NCBI GenBank assembly: GCA_963775425.1
Contig: CAVZJB010000011.1
Coordinates: 256,001 to 320,000 of the forward strand
Reading direction: 5' to 3'
Length of the DNA stretch: 64,000 bases
Source: an uncultured delta proteobacterium
GTDB lineage: Bacteria; Myxococcota; UBA727; VGSZ01
Shown: positions 60,328 to 64,000 of the stretch, piece by piece
Layout of the letters: the number at the start of each line of letters is the position of its first letter
How positions within the stretch are numbered: position 1 is the stretch's first letter
Made by a program: the position numbers and the translations under genes
The notes under the pieces: model-generated
Database searches by the model: none
What the model was told of the DNA's origin: nothing
Seen by the model: the letters and a program-made list of their open reading frames with translations, nothing else

Positions 60328-61269
60328 ATGAACTTCATCGAATACTTCGGCATGACGCAGGAGCCGTTTTCGAACGCTCCCGTGAGCCGCTTTTATTACA
60401 ACAGCGCGCAGCACGCCGAGGCGCTCACGCGGCTCACCTACGCGGTCGACTCGATGAAGGGGCTCGCGCTGCTCGTCGGTCAGATCGGCGCGGGCAAGAC
60501 CACGCTCGCGCGCCGCATGCTCGATGCGCTCCCCGAGGATCGCTACGAGGCCGCGCTGCTCGTCATCATCCACTCGGGCATCACGGCCTCGTGGCTCCTG
60601 CGACGGGTGGCGCTGCAGCTCGGGGTGCCGGAGCCGGCGCACGAAAAGCTCGCGCTCCTCGGGCAGCTCTATCAGCGCCTCGTGCAGATATACGAGTCCG
60701 GCAAGAAGGCCGTGGTGCTCATCGACGAAGCGCAGATGCTTCAGACGCGCGAGCTCATGGAGGAGTTTCGCGGGCTGCTGAACCTCGAGGTGCCCGAGCG
60801 CAAGCTGGTCACGTTCGTGTTCTTCGGGTTGCCGGAGGTCGAGCAGAACCTGTTGCTCGATCCGCCGCTCGCGCAGCGGGTGGCGTTGCGCGTGCACCTG
60901 TCGCCGTTCGATCGGGACGCCACGGAGGCGTACATCAAGCACCGGCTGCGGCTCGCCGGCGCTTCCCGCATGCTGTTCCGCCCGGACGCCATCGACGCCA
61001 TCCACCAGAGCTCCACCGGCATCCCGCGCGTGATCAACACGCTGTGCGACAACGCGCTGTTCGAGGCGTTCTTGTCACGTGCGGGCGACGTCGACGGCGA
61101 GATGATGAAGAAGATCGGCGACAACCTCGGGGTCACGCTCCACGCGGCGAAGGTCTCGGCGTCGGCGAACGAGCCCATCCCGCTCACGCGCGTCGCCGGC
61201 GGCGGCGCGCGCCGCAGCCTCGACCTCGAAGACGTCGACGAGATGCTGAGCGCGCTGCAGAAGGCGTAG
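60328..61269 (+). CDS. ExeA/GspA-family AAA ATPase
   Basis: 'YFGMTQEPFS', Walker A 'GQIGAGKT', Walker B 'VLIDEAQ', 'GIPRVINTLCD'. Confidence 0.92.
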   Translation: MNFIEYFGMTQEPFSNAPVSRFYYNSAQHAEALTRLTYAVDSMKGLALLVGQIGAGKTTLARRMLDALPEDRYEAALLVIIHSGITASWLLRRVALQLGVPEPAHEKLALLGQLYQRLVQIYESGKKAVVLIDEAQMLQTRELMEEFRGLLNLEVPERKLVTFVFFGLPEVEQNLLLDPPLAQRVALRVHLSPFDRDATEAYIKHRLRLAGASRMLFRPDAIDAIHQSSTGIPRVINTLCDNALFEAFLSRAGDVDGEMMKKIGDNLGVTLHAAKVSASANEPIPLTRVAGGGARRSLDLEDVDEMLSALQKA

Positions 61270-61346
61270 CGCGCCGCACGGCCGGCCTCCTCGTGGTGCC
61301 GGCGTTTTCGCCGTGAGCCTTCGCGCCCACTGCGCTAGACCGCCTC

Positions 61347-62504
61347 ATGGCCCGCTTGCTCCTCGACATGCAGGGGTTCTCGGCGCTCCTCACGGAGCTC
61401 GCGCGGCGCGGCTATCGGGTCGTCGGCCCCACGGTGCGTGACGCCGCCGTCGTGCTCGACGACGTAGAAGGCGTCGACAATCTCCCGCGCGGCGTCGGCG
61501 ACGAGCAGGACGGCGGCCGCTATCGCTTGAGGGCGCGCGGCGACGACGCGCTCTTCGGCTTCTCCGTCGGGCCCATGTCGCTGCGCCGGTTCATGAAGCC
61601 GCCGCGGCGCCGGGTGTTCTCCGCCGAGCGCGGCGCGCGCGGCGGGCTGCGCATCATCGAGGACGAGCCCGCCGCTCGGCGCACCGCGTTCATCGGCGTG
61701 CGCGCCTGCGACCTCGCCGCGCTCGCCGTGCAGGACGCGGTGTTCGTCGGCGCCGGCGCCCACGACCCGGCGTACGCCGCCGCGCGCAGCGACGTCTTTC
61801 TCGTCGCGGTGCAGTGCGGCCAGGCGGGCGGCACCTGCTTCTGCGCTTCGATGGGGACCGGCCCCAGGGCGACCGCGGGCTTCGACCTCGCCTTGACCGA
61901 GCTCGGCATCGAGCACGTCGAGCGGGCGGCGGGCGCGCCGGCGCGCGCGGGAGCGCACCGCTTCGTCGTCGAGGCCGGCAGCGACGCAGGGCGCGACGTC
62001 CTCGCCGCGCTCTCGCCGCCCGAGGCCGCGCCCGCCGACGTCGCCGACGCCGACGCCGTCGTCGAGGAGACCGCGCGACACATGGGGCGGCGCCTCGACA
62101 CCGCCGGCATCCAGGCGCTGTTCGCAGACAACCGCGAGCACCCGCGCTGGGACCAGGTGGCCGATCGCTGTCTGTCGTGCGCCAACTGCACGCTCGTGTG
62201 CCCCACGTGCTTCTGCTCCACCGTCGAGGACACGAGCGACGTCACCGGGGAGCACGCCGAGCGTTGGGAGCGCTGGGACTCCTGCTTCAACGCCGACTTC
62301 TCGCACCTGCACGGCGGGCCCGTGCGCGCCACCACGCGCGGCCGCTACCGACAGTGGATCAGCCACAAGCTCGGCACGTGGCACGAGCAGTTCGGCACCT
62401 CGGGGTGCGTCGGCTGCGGCCGCTGCGTCACCTGGTGCCCCGTCGGCATCGACATCACCGAAGAGACCGCCGCGCTGCGCGGCGACGGGAGTGACCATGG
62501 CTGA
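61347..62504 (+). CDS. Group 3b [NiFe]-hydrogenase/sulfhydrogenase beta subunit (4Fe-4S dicluster, AsrA-like)
   Basis: 'GVRACD', 'CFC', '[16 protein letters not shown]', 'WDSC', '[16 protein letters not shown]'. Confidence 0.92.
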   Translation: MARLLLDMQGFSALLTELARRGYRVVGPTVRDAAVVLDDVEGVDNLPRGVGDEQDGGRYRLRARGDDALFGFSVGPMSLRRFMKPPRRRVFSAERGARGGLRIIEDEPAARRTAFIGVRACDLAALAVQDAVFVGAGAHDPAYAAARSDVFLVAVQCGQAGGTCFCASMGTGPRATAGFDLALTELGIEHVERAAGAPARAGAHRFVVEAGSDAGRDVLAALSPPEAAPADVADADAVVEETARHMGRRLDTAGIQALFADNREHPRWDQVADRCLSCANCTLVCPTCFCSTVEDTSDVTGEHAERWERWDSCFNADFSHLHGGPVRATTRGRYRQWISHKLGTWHEQFGTSGCVGCGRCVTWCPVGIDITEETAALRGDGSDHG

Positions 62505-62949
62505 GGCCGCGCTCCTTGGGCATTCGTTCTTCACCGGCCTCCCGCCGGAGCACGTGCGCGGCGTCGGCGCCCTCGCGCGCGCGGTGTCGTTCGACCCCGG
62601 CGCCGTCCTCTTTCGCACGGGCGACGCCGCCGACGCGCTCTACCTCGTCACGGCCGGGCGCGTGGCGCTCGAGATCGAGGTGCCCGGCCGCGGCGCTGTC
62701 GTCGTCGAGACCATCTCTCCCGGGGAGGTCCTCGGTTGGTCGTGGGCGGTGCCGCCGCACCGCTTTCGCTTCACCGCGCGCGCCGTGGAGCGCACGGAGG
62801 CGTTGGCTGTCGACGGCGCGGCGCTGCGTGAGGCGTGCGCCGCCGACCACGACCTCGGCTACGAGATCCACCGGCGCCTCCTCGAGACCGTCGCCAAGCG
62901 CCTCGGCCACACCCGCATCCAACTCCTCGATCTCTATGCCGCCCCCTGA
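62497..62949 (+). CDS. Cyclic nucleotide-binding domain protein
   Basis: '[22 protein letters not shown]', 'GEVLGWSW'; no HTH; alternative start 62491. Confidence 0.88.
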   Translation: MAEAALLGHSFFTGLPPEHVRGVGALARAVSFDPGAVLFRTGDAADALYLVTAGRVALEIEVPGRGAVVVETISPGEVLGWSWAVPPHRFRFTARAVERTEALAVDGAALREACAADHDLGYEIHRRLLETVAKRLGHTRIQLLDLYAAP

Positions 62950-63808
62950 GCAATTCCCGCCGCCGATCGTCCCAGGCCGCTCCCTCCGGTCGCCGATCGT
63001 GCCCGACGTCTGGCGCGTCCGGAACAAGACCGTCGAGAGCGCCGACACCGTCACGCTGGCGGTCGCGCCCGCTTCGGGGGCACCGCCGCCGTTTCTGCCG
63101 GGGCAGTTCCACATGCTCTACGCCTTCGCCGTCGGCGAGGCAGCCATCTCGTTGAGCGGCGATCCCGCGTCGAAAGACGAGCGCCTGCACACCGTGCGCG
63201 CGGTGGGCGCGGTGAGCCGCGCGCTCGTCGCGTTGCAGAAGGGCGACTCTCTCGGCGTGCGGGGTCCCTACGGCGCGCCGTGGCCGCTGGCCACGGCCGA
63301 GGGGCACGACCTCGTCTTCGTCGCCGGCGGCATCGGTCTGGCGCCGCTGCGGCCGGCCATCCTGGCGGCGCTCGCCGAGCGCGCGAAGTTCGGCCGCATC
63401 GCGGTGCTGTACGGCGCGCGCACGCCCGATGAGCGCATCTTCCGCGAAGAGCTGTCGCGCTGGGAGCGGGAAGGCGCGCTCGATCTCCACGTCACGGTGG
63501 ACCGCGCCGACGCCGGCTGGCGCGGCCACGTCGGCCTCGTCACCCGGCCGCTCGCGGTGCTCGAGCTCGAGCCGGCGCGCACCAGCGCTTTTTTGTGCGG
63601 GCCCGAGATCATGATGCGGCTCGGCGCCGAGGCGCTCGCCGAGCGCGGCGTCCCCGCGGCGCAGGTCCACGTGTCCATGGAGCGGAACATGAAGTGCGCC
63701 GTGGGCCACTGCGGCCACTGCCAGCTCGGCGCCGACTTCGTCTGCAAGGACGGCCCGGTCTTTCCCTGGACGCGCATGGCGCCCGTCATGACGGTGCGGG
63801 AGCTTTGA
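62936..63808 (+). CDS. Hydrogenase/sulfhydrogenase gamma subunit (FAD/NAD-binding, 2Fe-2S; AsrB-like)
   Basis: 'PGQFHML', 'VRGPYG', 'AGGIGLAP', 'CGPEIMM', '[14 protein letters not shown]...CKDGPVF'. Confidence 0.92.
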   Translation: MPPPEQFPPPIVPGRSLRSPIVPDVWRVRNKTVESADTVTLAVAPASGAPPPFLPGQFHMLYAFAVGEAAISLSGDPASKDERLHTVRAVGAVSRALVALQKGDSLGVRGPYGAPWPLATAEGHDLVFVAGGIGLAPLRPAILAALAERAKFGRIAVLYGARTPDERIFREELSRWEREGALDLHVTVDRADAGWRGHVGLVTRPLAVLELEPARTSAFLCGPEIMMRLGAEALAERGVPAAQVHVSMERNMKCAVGHCGHCQLGADFVCKDGPVFPWTRMAPVMTVREL

Positions 63809-64000
63809 TGGCAAAAGCGGCGCGAAAGAAGAAGCTCGCCGTCTGGAAGCTCGCGTCGTGCGACGGCTGCCAGCTCAGCCTGCTCGATTGCGAGGACGAG
63901 CTCCTGGCGGTGGCCGGCGCGGTGGAGATCGCGCAGTTCCTCGAGGTCAGCAAGGCGACCGTGAAGGGACCCTGGGACCTCACGCTCGTCGAGGGGAGCG
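63808..64000 (+). CDS. [NiFe]-hydrogenase small (delta) subunit, truncated by the window edge; not in the supplied ORF track
   Basis: TGATG overlap; translates '[33 protein letters not shown]...DLTLVEGS'. Confidence 0.9.
   Translation, partial: MAKAARKKKLAVWKLASCDGCQLSLLDCEDELLAVAGAVEIAQFLEVSKATVKGPWDLTLVEGS

Overview
Very GC-rich bacterial chromosomal segment. The gene content (Ser/Thr kinase-TPR, FHA-AAA regulator, SgmX-like TPR protein plus ExeA-type ATPase, Cys-rich and (Gly-Glu)n lipoproteins) points to a Myxococcota/deltaproteobacterial organism; this is an inference. About 43 CDS can be supported. Housekeeping genes: ligA, gluQ, hemW, panC, ddl, a TamB plus BamA/TamA pair, and a sigma-70 family factor. 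Also present are the end of a minor-pilin-like cluster at the left edge and the start of a group 3b [NiFe]-hydrogenase operon at the right edge. The most striking unit is 34.0-44.5 kb: a correctly spaced sigma-54 promoter drives a three-gene operon ending in an intrinsic terminator. It encodes an unassigned outer-membrane beta-barrel and two paralogous ~1,500-aa lipoprotein zinc metalloproteases (HExxHxxGxxH plus Met-turn), and it converges on the TamA/B-like genes. Other notable signals: a LigA with no zinc-finger cysteines, a GH13 protein and an isochorismatase-fold protein missing canonical catalytic residues, a translationally coupled membrane-protein/radical-SAM operon, a peptidoglycan-binding protein with an H..SxGC motif, a small IS1182-like remnant beside a long hairpin, a GTAG-type REP cluster, and repeated leaderless-type promoters. 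No rRNA, tRNA or CRISPR array was found. All calls come from reading motifs by eye; no database search was run.
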